Positions 41,895 to 53,015 of a stretch of DNA of 64,000 nt are shown one piece after another (position 1 is the stretch's first letter; each line of letters starts with the position of its first letter). The DNA lies in the NCBI GenBank assembly GCA_963818475.1, contig CAWFSF010000006.1, positions 896,001 through 960,000 of the forward strand, given 5' to 3'. Both the position numbers and the translations under genes were made by a program. The DNA is from Nitrospirota bacterium. GTDB lineage: Bacteria; Nitrospirota; UBA9217. The notes below the pieces were generated by a model. That model worked only from the letters and a program-made list of their open reading frames with translations, had not been told where the DNA came from and did no database searches.

Positions 41895-42855
41895 ATGAAG
41901 AAAAAACACAATCAGGCGGTCCGCCGCGACCCTCCTCCTGTTCCCCCCAGCTCAGACACGGCAAAAGAAGGCGTGATCATTGCCCACCATGGCGTGGCTG
42001 TTGAGGTCCTGTCGCTTGACGGTACGCGCAGCCTGGTGCGCGTCAAACGGCGCTCCGGTCATGTGGTCGGCGACCGCGTGGAGGTCATTGGCGAGGTCCT
42101 GCGCCGACTGGACAGGAGAACAGAGCTGCGCCGCAGGGACGCACGAGGCGGCATCCATCTGGTCGGCGCTAATCTTGACGTTCTCGGTGTGGTCGTTGCC
42201 CACCTGCCAAAACCACCTCCCGGGTTCATCGACCGGGCCATTGTTGCGGCACGAGTGGAAGATCTCCAGCCGTTTCTGGTCATCAATAAATGCGATCTTG
42301 AGGATTCGGCGGGATTTGTCCTTGCGCTGCAAAAAGCCTATGACGCCACCATCCCTGTTTTCCCGCTTGAGCGCCGCTGCCATGACGGGCCTCGGTCCGC
42401 TGAGGGACTTTCTGGGCAAGGGACACCGGGGGGCGTTTGTGGGCACGACCGGCGTGGGCAAAAGCTCGCTGCTGAACGCGCTCTGTCCTGACATTGATCT
42501 CAAGGTAGGGCAGGTCAATGAAGAAAGCGGCAGAGGCCGCCATACAACCACCGTTTCAACGCTTCATTCCTTGTCAACGGGCGGAGAGCTGATCGATACA
42601 CCCGGTTTTCAGGATTTCGGGCTGGTGGATATTTCAGCGCAGGACCTTGCCATGCATTTCCCGGGGTTTGAAAAGGCAGGCTACGGCACCTGCCGTTTCC
42701 GGGACTGCCGGCATCGAACTGAGCCTGGCTGCGCTGTTCTGGACCTGGTGAACAAGAACGAGATCGCCCAGGAACGGTATACTGCCTACCTGGAGGTCCT
42801 GGACGAGGTCGAGGCAGATGAGGCCCGGATGCGGCGCAATGAATGGAAAAAATAA
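41895..42855 (+). CDS. rsgA: Ribosome small subunit-dependent GTPase A, apparent +1 frameshift at ~42368
   Basis: INKCDL, GTTGVGKSSLLN, GRHTTT, IDTPG, CRFRDCRHRTEPGC. Confidence 0.9.
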
Positions 42856-42927
42856 GCGCTCGCTGATCCTGGCTTTGCTCTGCATGCGGAAAAGAGTGTA
42901 TGGGAGGTTACGGCAGGAAGGGGAAAC

Positions 42928-42961
42928 AAAAAAGCAGGCCCTGTATGAACAGGACCTGCTT
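42928..42961 (-). terminator. Rho-independent terminator downstream of csp
   Basis: AAGCAGG...CCTGCTT stem with an A-run on the plus strand (U-tail on minus). Confidence 0.7.
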
Positions 42962-42974
42962 GGATGGATCAGGC

Positions 42975-43175
42975 TTAGACCTTTACAACGTTGGCTGCCT
43001 TGGGGCCTTTGGGCGAGTCGACAACGTCGAACGTGACGTTCTGACCTTCGGCCAGGGATTTGAATCCGCTGTCCTGAATGTCGCCAAAATGTACGAATAC
43101 ATCGCCGCCATTTTCACGAGTAATGAAACCAAAACCCTTGGAATCGTTGAACCACTTTACTGTACCATTTTCCAT
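42975..43175 (-). CDS. Cold-shock protein
   Basis: [29 protein letters not shown]. Confidence 0.96.
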   Translation of the reverse strand: MENGTVKWFNDSKGFGFITRENGGDVFVHFGDIQDSGFKSLAEGQNVTFDVVDSPKGPKAANVVKV

Positions 43176-43407
43176 GATGAGCTACCTCCTTCTTGTGAAT
43201 TGAAGCTGACGGAAAAGGCCAAAAAAAAGCCGCAAAGCCAATGTCTTTGCGGTTACCCTACAAGTACATCCGGAACTTCTAGAGAACATAATGCCACTTC
43301 AGTCACCAGGAAGTCAAGGATTATTATTGTTCAGGGTTATTATTGTTCAATCCGGCCTGGATCCGGTCTACAAGAAGGCCACTTGCTTTTTTCCTCATTG
43401 TGCTGAC

Positions 43408-43424
43408 TACCCTTAAATTACCCC
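43408..43424 (+). promoter_or_regulatory. 17-bp motif TACCCTTAAA(T/A)TACCCC, copy 1 (others at 44726-44742 and 47591-47607)
   Basis: Three near-identical copies, each in an upstream intergenic region. Confidence 0.65.
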
Positions 43425-43611
43425 GCTGTTCCGCTCCAAAAACCTTGCAATCGCGCATTACTTATTATATTCTTTGCCAAGAAACAGTTTGAGTATCCGC
43501 TGAACATGAACGAACATAATCTTCAGCATGGAGAGGACCTGAACTGCCGTACCTGGTCGGTGGGCGCACATTCGAATAAAAAAACTGAATGACCAAGCTT
43601 GGAGGTAGATA

Positions 43612-44451
43612 ATGCAGATCACGTGCTGGGGGGCAAGGGGTTCAATACCCATTTCCGGAAAAGAATATCTGAACCATGGCGGCGATACCACCTGCATCGA
43701 GATCCGGACCAAGGACGATGATGTCATTATCATCGACGCCGGTACGGGCATGAGAAAGCTCGGGAACAAGCTGCTTGCTTCGAACAAACGAACGATGCAC
43801 CTTCTTTTCACCCATGCCCATTGGGACCACCTCATGGGTTTTCCTTTTTTTAAACCCATCTACATGAAGGGGACCAGGATCAGCATGTACGGATGTCCCT
43901 ATGCGCAGGGTTCCGTCAAGGACATCCTTTCCCGGTCCATGACCGCACCTTACTTCCCCGTGGAGTTTGGACAGTTGCAGGCCGAGATAACCTCGCAGAG
44001 CGTGTGCGAACAGGAATTTGCTATTGGCTCCATCCGTATCAGTTCCATACAATTGAACCATCCGAACCAGGGCATGGGTTACCGGTTCACCGAGGATGGC
44101 AAGAGTTTTGTTTTTCTCACGGATAATGAACTGACGCACCGCCATGCCGGGGGGGAAGCCTACGAGGAGTATGTCAGGTTTTCAGCCGGCGCCGATCTGC
44201 TGATCCATGATTCTGAATATACTGAAAAGCAGTATGCCATGACAAAAGGGTGGGGGCATTCTGTGTATACCGATGCGCTTCGCCTGGCCATGGACGCGCA
44301 GGTCGGACAGTTCGGTTTGTTCCATCACAACCAGGAACGGACTGATGATGAGCTGGACGGGATGGTGGAGGATTGCAGCAACCTGGTCAAAGACAGCAAT
44401 AGAACTATCTCCTGTTTTGCCGCCCAGGCAGGGATGGTCATTAACCTTTAG
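43612..44451 (+). CDS. MBL-fold metallo-hydrolase (RNase Z/phosphodiesterase-like)
   Basis: WGARGSIP, IDAGTG, THAHWDHLMG, GWGHS, LFHH. Confidence 0.9.
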   Translation: MQITCWGARGSIPISGKEYLNHGGDTTCIEIRTKDDDVIIIDAGTGMRKLGNKLLASNKRTMHLLFTHAHWDHLMGFPFFKPIYMKGTRISMYGCPYAQGSVKDILSRSMTAPYFPVEFGQLQAEITSQSVCEQEFAIGSIRISSIQLNHPNQGMGYRFTEDGKSFVFLTDNELTHRHAGGEAYEEYVRFSAGADLLIHDSEYTEKQYAMTKGWGHSVYTDALRLAMDAQVGQFGLFHHNQERTDDELDGMVEDCSNLVKDSNRTISCFAAQAGMVINL

Positions 44452-44544
44452 AAGGGAAGATATTTTCTGAGCTTCCCCTGAGGAGTACGCGGATCACGAT
44501 TCTGCCTGGCAAGTTTTCCACGATTTTTCCCGTCAGTAAGCATT

Positions 44545-44725
44545 ACCCTATAAACGGCAGTTGGCCGCAGATTTACTCAGATTCACGCAGATAAAATCAG
44601 GCATTCAGGATTAAAGAAGTTTCACCCCAGGGGTGAGTCTTTTATCGTGTTAATAGGATTTGTTTTGTAAGTTTTTATCCGCGTTTATCCGATTTTATCT
44701 GCGGCCCAAATACTTTTTTCAGGAT
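44545..44725. repeat. Intergenic palindromic element with GCAGAT/ATCTGC units
   Basis: GGCCGCAGATTTACTCAGATTCACGCAGATAAAA ... TTTTATCCGCGTTTATCCGATTTTATCTGCGGCC. Confidence 0.7.
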
Positions 44726-44892
44726 TACCCTTAAAATACCCCATCCATAGAGGCCAAAGCGCTTGCCTAAACCGTTCCTGTATAGTATTATCTTGCTAAC
44801 AAAAAATAACATTCACGACCGATTTCATCGGTTTTTTACCCGAAAGATGCGGCCCTGAAACTTTCAGGCCTGCCCGTAAACCTTCAAGGACT

Positions 44893-46275
44893 ATGAAACT
44901 TCCCGCAATGCCGACGATACTGGAGAGTCTGACGCCCCGGACCCTATTTGAAAAACTGACCATTGTCAGCAAAATGCTGATGGGGTATATGACGCTTGTT
45001 GTACTTACCGTGATCGTCGTGACCTATGCACTACTGAACCTGCAGCGATTGAACAAGCTGAACAGCGAGATCGTCAACGTTGAGATCCCTATCCAAAAAG
45101 CAGCTGAGGCGATGCTGGACACACACCTTGCCCAGGACACGTTCGAAAAACGCTATCTGATCCTCGGGGACAACGATATGCGCACCTTGTTCCGGAAGCG
45201 CGCCGGGGAGTTCAATCAATGGCTGGCGGTGCTGAAGGAGATGCCCGACCATGATCCCGACCTCATGAAAAAGATCAGCGAACTAAATAACCAGTACTGC
45301 ACTCTCTTTGATCGTGAGGCAAGGCTCATACAAGCCGGCGACCTTAAAGCTGCAGAGTCCATTTCACAAGGCAGACTGAAGAAACGGTCCGAAAAACTGC
45401 TGGAACTGCTTCGGTTCATGTCACGGGAGGCCAAACGAGCCCAGGGCCGCAAGATGATAGCCATGACTGAGCTTGGGAGGTCCGCCCTGTACACCACGGC
45501 CATCCTGTGCATTCTGAGCCTCGTGGTCGGAGTGCTGTTCAGCATGATCGTGACCCACCATATTTCCTCACCACTGGTAAAGTTGCACGTGGCGACCACG
45601 CATATCGCAGAGGGCAATTTTACCTATGATCCACAGATCACCAGCAGGGACGAAACCGGGGCACTGGCGCAGGCTTTTGTCACCATGGGAAAGCGTCTCA
45701 GCTCGCTTGAAGAAATGTACCGGGACGCGAGCCCGCTCACGCGGCTGCCCGGCGGGATCGCCATCGAGAATATCCTGAAACGACGGCTTGACTCGGATCA
45801 GCGAATCGCTTTTTGTCTGCTCGATCTGGACAATTTCAAAGCGTTCAATGACCACTATGGCTATGCTCATGGCAACGAGGTGCTGAAGGAAACAGCACGT
45901 ATCATCGAGACAGCGACACTGGAGAAGGGTACCCCAGAGGATTTTGTCGGTCATATCGGCGGCGATGACTTTGTCGTCATCACGACACCGGCGCGTATGC
46001 GCGGCGTCTGCGAGGAAACGATACGGCTCTTTGACCTGCGCATCCCCGCGTTCTACAACGAGACGGACCGGACCAATGGTTTTATCTTCGGAAAGACACG
46101 CCAGGGTCAGGATATGCAGTTCCCGCTCATTAGCATTTCGATCGCCGTGGTAACTAATGAAAAGCGCACGATCAAAGACGCTCTTGAAGCGGCAGAGATC
46201 GCAGCCGAGCTCAAGGATTACGCGAAGACGATCCCGGCTAGCGTCTATGTGGTGAACAAAAGGCTGTCTGCATAA
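44893..46275 (+). CDS. Membrane-bound HAMP-GGDEF domain protein (GGDDF variant)
   Basis: 2 TM helices, HAMP, DLDNFKAFNDHYGY, GHIGGDDF. Confidence 0.9.
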   Translation: MKLPAMPTILESLTPRTLFEKLTIVSKMLMGYMTLVVLTVIVVTYALLNLQRLNKLNSEIVNVEIPIQKAAEAMLDTHLAQDTFEKRYLILGDNDMRTLFRKRAGEFNQWLAVLKEMPDHDPDLMKKISELNNQYCTLFDREARLIQAGDLKAAESISQGRLKKRSEKLLELLRFMSREAKRAQGRKMIAMTELGRSALYTTAILCILSLVVGVLFSMIVTHHISSPLVKLHVATTHIAEGNFTYDPQITSRDETGALAQAFVTMGKRLSSLEEMYRDASPLTRLPGGIAIENILKRRLDSDQRIAFCLLDLDNFKAFNDHYGYAHGNEVLKETARIIETATLEKGTPEDFVGHIGGDDFVVITTPARMRGVCEETIRLFDLRIPAFYNETDRTNGFIFGKTRQGQDMQFPLISISIAVVTNEKRTIKDALEAAEIAAELKDYAKTIPASVYVVNKRLSA

Positions 46276-46513
46276 GCATCGGGCCTGCCGCTGCAATTCA
46301 TGCCTCGGACACCTAATCGCTGAAAACGATAACAGTGACCTCTGCCTCCCTCCTTGCATCTCTGCATGCTGTATCGTTGTTGCCAGTCCCGGCAGTGAGG
46401 TTCCCTGCAGTATCCGCGATTTGACTTTGTCAGGGACCTCTGATAGGATTGCCCGGCACTTGACTGAACAATATTTATTACTACCCCAACGGGGTACTAC
46501 GAGGAGTGTGACC

Positions 46514-47363
46514 ATGGACCAACAGCGCATCATATTTACACGGTTCCAGAGCGACGGCGGAGAGATGTTCAACGATATCTACGCCATCGATCCCGACGGG
46601 AAGAATGAGGTCCGGCTCACCACCAATCCGGGACCCAGCGGAGTATATGCGGACAATGCCGCGCCCCGGTACAACAAGGACAGGACGATGATCGCGTTCG
46701 TCAGCACGAGGAACAATGAACACAAACTGTATAATATATTTTTCATGGATCTCGCCACGCAGAAAACGGCGCAGATCACCTCGGGAAATCTAGATATCTC
46801 CAGTGTTGACTGGTCGCCTGATGACAGCCGTCTGGTCTTTTCCTGCAGGGACAACAAGGGGCTTCAGCAGATACACCTGGTCAATCTGGACGGCAGCGGC
46901 CTGACGAAGCTGACGGAGGGGCCGGAGGAGAACATGAACCCGCTCTGGTCCCCGCGGGGCGATCTGATCGTGTTCACGCAATTCATGCGCGACAGTAAAA
47001 CATCGCAGATCTTTACCATGGATACGCAGGGCAAGCAATCGTGTGCAGCTTACCTCCGATGAAACGGCCCATAGCAATCCATCCTGGTCGCCTGACGGGT
47101 CCTGGATTGTTTATCGATGCGATCTGGATACGCCGCATCTCCGTAAGATCAATATCGAGACCCGGGAGATCGTGTTGTTCGATGCTCCTTCATCAGGCGC
47201 TGATTCATCTCCGGTCTGGTCCGGCAATGAGATCGTGTTCTCGAGCAACTGCGACTGGGAGAAAGCCGAGTCCATATTCAATCTGTATAAAATGTCCGAT
47301 GCCGGAGGGAACATCCGGCGGATAACGACCAACCAGACCTTTGAGTATTGCGGCGACTGGTAG
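46514..47363 (+). CDS. TolB-like PD40 beta-propeller protein, apparent +1 frameshift at ~47035
   Basis: Repeated WSPD/WSPRG motifs; ORFs 46421-47062 and 47043-47363 join. Confidence 0.8.
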
Positions 47364-47745
47364 GGGATGCAGGCTTCAGGTGGAGATGCACCGGGGAAAT
47401 ACTACAAACAAGAGTTGGGAAGTACCTATCCCGAACATCTCCCGTAGAGAAAACTTCCTGTCCTGTTCCCTCCATTCATCGCCCCCGACAGTATCGCGTG
47501 GCTCCGCTCCTCGTAATGACAGACCGAGACTTTTTTCGAAACGATCAGCCGTTACAGCCCATTTTATAAAACCCATGTTATAAAACAGATTACCCTTAAA
47601 TTACCCCATAATTGTCATTGCAATTGTTTGTAATAAGATGTATTTTTGTGACTATTAAAAATAGTTAATTCCGAAAAAATTAGAAATGCGGGGCATATAT
47701 GGTGAAAATTTAATGAACTGTGTCGAATGGGTGAGCGGGGACATT

Positions 47746-48108
47746 ATGTGCAGCGAGCAAAAAGTGATGGTCGTGGATGACAACGCAGAACTCAGAAGCA
47801 TGCTTCGCTACGGGCTGGACTCTTACGGCTTCCAGGTGACTTTTTGTGAGAACGGTGCCGAAGCCCTCAAAAAAGTCATGCATGATGAATTCGATTATAT
47901 CATCACAGACTATCAGATGCCGCAGATGAACGGCATAGAGCTTACGAAGAAGCTTCGTGAACACTCATCACGGACCATCATTATCGGGATGAGCGGAGAA
48001 GATCTCGGCATAGACTTTTTGAAGGCCGGCGCAAATGATTTTCTTCAGAAGCCCTTTGTACCGTACCGGCTCGCCATGATGATCGATGGCGGGGACATCC
48101 TCACCTAA
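47746..48108 (+). CDS. Single-domain response regulator
   Basis: VMVVDD, ITDYQMPQMNG, FLQKPF; start approximate. Confidence 0.9.
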   Translation: MCSEQKVMVVDDNAELRSMLRYGLDSYGFQVTFCENGAEALKKVMHDEFDYIITDYQMPQMNGIELTKKLREHSSRTIIIGMSGEDLGIDFLKAGANDFLQKPFVPYRLAMMIDGGDILT

Positions 48109-48284
48109 AATATGCCCTCCGGCGCTTCACCTGTCGATCAGCTTATCCTTGTCAGCTTTTCCTCCCGTCCCTTAATCAGCAAGCCCGTTGCTGGACAATG
48201 ATGTCCGGTTTCTGTTACAATGCTGCCCACTATACTGCCTGGCTGTTCTGACTGCCACGCGAATATTGCAACGTGGGGGTGCCT

Positions 48285-48680
48285 ATGGACTCTGCTGCTG
48301 ATCTGGCAAAGAGACACGGTTTGGAAAAATATCTGGACAAGCCTGCCGAACTGAACGATGCGATCTTCAACCTTATGCTGCTGCAGGAAACCATGCAAAT
48401 AGAGCAAGCACAGCGGCTAAAGATCCGTGGCAGCGACACCGAGACAATCACGAGCAAACGGTCGGTGCACGGCAAGTTCATTGCCGGTTGTACCGGTGAT
48501 AAACAGTACCGTTATGCCGTGGAAACCGCACTCCGGGCCTCTACCGCCATCATAGCGGTGTTTCAGCGCGGTCTTTTTATCAGCATGCTGAAACGGATGG
48601 GCATTCCCGAGGACCGGATAGCCCAGTATTGCGACAGTGTCATCATCTCCGACGATACTCATTGCAGCGACATGGATTGA
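48285..48680 (+). CDS. Hypothetical protein
   Basis: ~131-aa ORF on the same strand as its neighbours; no recognised motif. Confidence 0.5.
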   Translation: MDSAADLAKRHGLEKYLDKPAELNDAIFNLMLLQETMQIEQAQRLKIRGSDTETITSKRSVHGKFIAGCTGDKQYRYAVETALRASTAIIAVFQRGLFISMLKRMGIPEDRIAQYCDSVIISDDTHCSDMD

Positions 48681-49067
48681 ACCGACTCACGACTGACTCA
48701 GCGCCGGCCCCGATCCCGATGCTCGCGACCACCGCCCCCGCCGCGGCCATCATGGTGACCATCGTCTATGGGTACAAAAACGGGGAAACAGCCGCTCATT
48801 ACTGTCAGGAGGAAAGCGAAAAAGATCAAACGAATGTGCTTTATCATGGATTTTTCCCTCTCTTGATGCAAATTTTATCCTTGTTCAAATGGGACAGGTA
48901 TACCCTCATTTCTAGTATATCACGGTGCAGGGGGTTTTAATGACAGGTTGGCTCAGAGCGGCATTCAACGCGATAGCGAATGCCTGTAGTCTGCGAGACG
49001 TTTTAAAATCCTGTCCTTGACAAGTGCCGCGGTCCGCTTTATCATAGCTCTACTGGAGGAGCGGCGG

Positions 49068-49772
49068 ATGTCTCAGTATTTTAAAATGGTCTACGCGTAT
49101 AAATTCTCCGAGGGACCGATCATAAAATTTGACCTGCTCCTGGATGAGAGGACGCTGGCATTTATACCAGGGGAACGCCCGGGTCTGCCGGACTGGGCCC
49201 TCCTGGGTTATCATCAATGCGCGATCTGTCCGCTCGATGAGCGGAAACATCAGTATTGCCCCGTTGCCGCAAACTTCTCCTGCATCTCTGAAAAGTTCAC
49301 TACCTTTAACTCGCATGACCGGGTAAGCGTGGTGGTCCTCGTTGAAGAACGGACCTATCAGAAGGACACGACGGCTCAGATGGGGCTCAGCCCGCTCCTG
49401 GGTATCGTTATGGCAACGAGCGGCTGCCCGATCATGGACCAGCTCAAACCCATGGTGCGGTTCCATCTTCCCTTCGCGAGCCTGGATGAAACGATATTCC
49501 GCATGGTCTCCATGCACCTGGTGGCGCAGTACCTCCGCAAGGAGGCGGGCAGGAGCGCTGACTGGTCCCTGAACGGATTAACGCGGATCTACGAGCAGGT
49601 CGCAGCAGTGAACCGCGATTTTGCCGACCGGCTGCTCGGTGCGGCCAGGAATGACGTCAACGTGAATGCCCTTGTGAACCTTGATGCATTCGCCCTAATG
49701 GTGCCGCTGGCGGCGGACCGGATGCTCAAAAAGATATCCCCCTACTTTTCCGCACTATTGGACCGTCCCTGA
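49068..49772 (+). CDS. Conserved Cys-containing protein (DUF6901-like)
   Basis: QCAICPL...CPVA, MATSGCP, LKPMVRFHLPFA. Confidence 0.7.
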   Translation: MSQYFKMVYAYKFSEGPIIKFDLLLDERTLAFIPGERPGLPDWALLGYHQCAICPLDERKHQYCPVAANFSCISEKFTTFNSHDRVSVVVLVEERTYQKDTTAQMGLSPLLGIVMATSGCPIMDQLKPMVRFHLPFASLDETIFRMVSMHLVAQYLRKEAGRSADWSLNGLTRIYEQVAAVNRDFADRLLGAARNDVNVNALVNLDAFALMVPLAADRMLKKISPYFSALLDRP

Positions 49773-49880
49773 CGCGGAACCCCCGCGTAAGCCTGGTAAT
49801 CGCCAGCGATCACGGACCGAACTTTCTTCTTTAACTTGTTGTTTCTCCTGTGTTACAATTACTATTGGAGGCAGTTGCCG

Positions 49881-50783
49881 GTGAGATCATTCAAGGAGAT
49901 CAAGCACGATTACCGGTTCACGGCGGATGACGAGCTGCGTCTTGCAGAACTGCGTCCTTTCATGGAAGAACATGCCGAGGAGGTTATGAGCACGCTCGAT
50001 CTCTGGATCATGGGAACCAAAGGGGCTGCGCAATTCTTCACCGACGACACCAGGAAAAAACACGTTTTCGAGGCCCAGCGAGTATGGTTCCTGGAGCTCT
50101 TTTCCGGGACTTACGACAACCGCTATTATGAAAAGCTCATCCACATCGGAGCCACCCACGTGCGGCATGCTGTTGATGCCCATTACATGAATCGGGCCGT
50201 CAACCTCGTCAGGAACGCCTGTACGGGCCTTCTGCAGAGCAGGGAAGAGGACCGGGCGGAAACGACGAGCAAGATCGTTTCGCTCGGCAAGATCCTTGAC
50301 ATCAGCCTTGATGTCATAACCACCTCCTATATCGAGGAGGAGATCAAGACCTATTCGCCGGTCTATAAAGTAAAGAGCGCGTTGATCAATTTCTCGGAAC
50401 GGTTTTCCCAGACCACCAACCTGGTGCTGGTGCTCGCGCTCATCGGCCTTACGCTCGGCGTTGTCTGGCTCTTTGTGCAGGATGTGCTGCATCTCCTGTC
50501 CGGCGATGTGGAAGGGGGCATTATCGCGGCACTGGGCTCCATGCTGCTGCTGTGGCTCATGATCGAGCTGATGAACACCGAGATCTCCCACCTCAAGGGC
50601 GGGAAGTTCCATATCAGCGTGTTCGTGGGCGTGGCCCTGGTGACCATGATCCGGGAGACCATGATCGCGACGCTGAAGCATGAAAATCCGGAGTCGATCT
50701 ATTACCTCATCGCCGCCATCCTGGTCATCGGATTCGTCTACTGGATCGTGACCAGGGCCGAGGACAGGCCTCCTGGCAAGTAG
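49881..50783 (+). CDS. Protoglobin-domain protein fused to a PsiE-like membrane domain
   Basis: Globin-sensor motifs (WFLELFSG..YYEKLIHIGATHV..KILDI); C-terminal TM helices with IELM...VALVTMIRE. Confidence 0.8.
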   Translation: MRSFKEIKHDYRFTADDELRLAELRPFMEEHAEEVMSTLDLWIMGTKGAAQFFTDDTRKKHVFEAQRVWFLELFSGTYDNRYYEKLIHIGATHVRHAVDAHYMNRAVNLVRNACTGLLQSREEDRAETTSKIVSLGKILDISLDVITTSYIEEEIKTYSPVYKVKSALINFSERFSQTTNLVLVLALIGLTLGVVWLFVQDVLHLLSGDVEGGIIAALGSMLLLWLMIELMNTEISHLKGGKFHISVFVGVALVTMIRETMIATLKHENPESIYYLIAAILVIGFVYWIVTRAEDRPPGK

Positions 50784-50867
50784 CTGTACATACTACTCAA
50801 TAAATCTGTCCGCCAGGCAGTGGGACATGAAAATATCACGGTGATGCGGATGCAGGGAGGGTGTTAG

Positions 50868-51490
50868 ATGGATAAAGATCTAAAACAGTGCGGCATTTCC
50901 GAAGAGGATATCAGGGCGGGACTCGCCGACCTTAAGGGTTTTGTGGACATCACCGAAGAGGACCTGATGAAGATCTATTCCTCGGCGCTGCGGCATGCGA
51001 GGAACCGGTGCGCAGTCAGGTATGACCGTTGCCGATCTCATGACCAAAGACGTGGTTACGGTGAAGAAGGATACGCCGCTGGAAGAAGCGGCACGGCGCC
51101 TCACGGGCCTCAGGATCAGCGGCATGCCTGTTGTGGATGATCAGGACAAGGTCATCGGCGTGATCGGCGAACTGGATATTATGGCTGTGCTGAGCGGGAA
51201 AAAAACACGGGGCCTCAAAGACCTGATCCGCCGCATCATGGGGGAACCGTCGCCGGAGCGGAAGGAGGGCGACCAGGTGGGGCATGTTATGAGCACACCC
51301 GCGATCACCATCAAAAGCTACTTTTGACGTGCGGGATGCGGCGCGGGTCCTGGATTCTCACCGGATCAAGAGGCTGCCGGTCGTGGATGACGATGGAAAG
51401 CTGATCGGCGTCATCTCCCGTGCCGATATCGTGCGGGCCATGGGAAAGACCATGGAGGAAAGAGCTGCCTTGTCGATGCAGAAACGCTAG
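50868..51490 (+). CDS. CBS-domain protein, apparent frameshifts at ~51014 and ~51318
   Basis: FVDITEEDL, VADLMTKDV, ISGMPVVD; continues RIKRLPVVDDDGKLIGVISRADIV to TAG at 51490. Confidence 0.8.
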
Positions 51491-51508
51491 GATGAGGGCT
51501 GGTCCGCC

Positions 51509-52054
51509 ATGACAATTTCTGAATATATTCTGAAGATGAAAGGCAGCACCAAAAGCCCTCCCGGAGTGGGGATCGGCGAACTTGCCTGGTCCTGGCTCGG
51601 TTCGGTGCTCGGCATCGGTCTCTGCGGTTATCTATCGTCCCGGTATTTCGAGCCGAGAGACCTCTCCCTGATCATCGGTTCTTTCGGCGCTTCGGCAGTC
51701 CTCGTCTACGGCGCTATCAAAAGCCCGCTGGCACAGCCGAGAAATCTTGTGGGCGGGCATATCCTCTCCGCGCTTATCGGCGTGGCCTGCTTTCAGTTCT
51801 TCGGCAATACGATCTGGATCGCCTCCGCGCTGGCGGTGTCCTTTGCCATCGTGGCCATGCTTGTCACCAAGACGCTTCACCCGCCGGGAGGAGCTACAGC
51901 GCTTATCGCGGTCATCGGCGGCGCCAAGGTCCACAGCCTCGGTTTTTTCTATGCACTCGTCCCCGCCGGCGCCGGCGCCGTCATTCTGCTGATCGTCGCG
52001 CTCCTGGTGAACAACCTTTCCCAAAACAGAAAGTATCCGGAATACTGGTTGTAA
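51509..52054 (+). CDS. HPP family membrane protein
   Basis: GSFGASAVL, SPLAQPRN, LHPPGGATAL. Confidence 0.92.
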   Translation: MTISEYILKMKGSTKSPPGVGIGELAWSWLGSVLGIGLCGYLSSRYFEPRDLSLIIGSFGASAVLVYGAIKSPLAQPRNLVGGHILSALIGVACFQFFGNTIWIASALAVSFAIVAMLVTKTLHPPGGATALIAVIGGAKVHSLGFFYALVPAGAGAVILLIVALLVNNLSQNRKYPEYWL

Positions 52055-52264
52055 TACCGCCCCTTATCCCGCACGGTTACCCTCACCGACAATATTTTAT
52101 ACCAGTTGTATTAAAACAGATCGGCCAAGAAGTATTCAGTATGTTAAAATGGCAATTTTCGAGTAAACTGGCTCTGTAAGGGTCAGTCCTGACTCATCAC
52201 AAGCGTCTTCACTCCGTTCTTCCTGCATATATACTATTATCATGACGCCAGAAGGTCGAAGCGC

Positions 52265-52915
52265 GTGAAATGGCCGGGAGACATAGCTGAAGCGAAGGCG
52301 GCGCAGGAGCTGATGCGCAGGAAGGTCAAGATCATTCCTTTCCGCGGCCGGCCGCGCTTCGTCGCAGGCGTGGACGCGGCCTTCTCTTCAACCCGGATCT
52401 TTGCAGCGGCATGCGTTTACCGCCTTTCCGACCTCACCTGCGTGGAACAGGCAACAGCCGCGCAGGACCTGCTTTTTCCGTACGTTCCGGGTCTGCTTTT
52501 TTTCCGGGAAGGACCGGCTGTCATCGAGGCCATCAGCAGACTGAAGCAGCGGCCCGATGTTATTCTGGCTGACGGTCAGGGCATTGCCCATCCCCGCGGG
52601 ATCGGGATCGCATCGCATATCGGGGTCGTGCTGGACATCCCTGCTATCGGATGCGCGAAAAAGCGGCTGGTCGGCGAATTTCGAGACCCGGGTGCGAAAA
52701 AGGGTGACTGGGAGCCTTTGCATTACCGCGATATGCTCGTCGGGGCAGTTCTCAGGACGCGCGACAACGTGCAATCCTTGTTCGTCTCGCCCGGTCACCG
52801 CATTGATGTGAGCACAGCGGTCAAGATCGTGCTGTCCTGCCTCGGTCGCTACCGCATCCCTGAACCTATCCGGTGCTCGGATATGCTGTCGAGAAAGATC
52901 ATGCGAGAGTCGTGA
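52265..52915 (+). CDS. nfi: Endonuclease V
   Basis: VAGVD, FPYVPGLLFFRE, DGQGIAHPRGIGIASH, FVSPGH, RIPEP. Confidence 0.93.
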   Translation: MKWPGDIAEAKAAQELMRRKVKIIPFRGRPRFVAGVDAAFSSTRIFAAACVYRLSDLTCVEQATAAQDLLFPYVPGLLFFREGPAVIEAISRLKQRPDVILADGQGIAHPRGIGIASHIGVVLDIPAIGCAKKRLVGEFRDPGAKKGDWEPLHYRDMLVGAVLRTRDNVQSLFVSPGHRIDVSTAVKIVLSCLGRYRIPEPIRCSDMLSRKIMRES

Positions 52916-53015
52916 GAGGCAGGTCTTCCCCTTTGACTATGCGTCGAGTCAGCAAGGAGCGGTTTTTATGATTTAAATCATGGCTGGCGCTGCGTGTTTC
53001 ATTATATTCTGAGGC

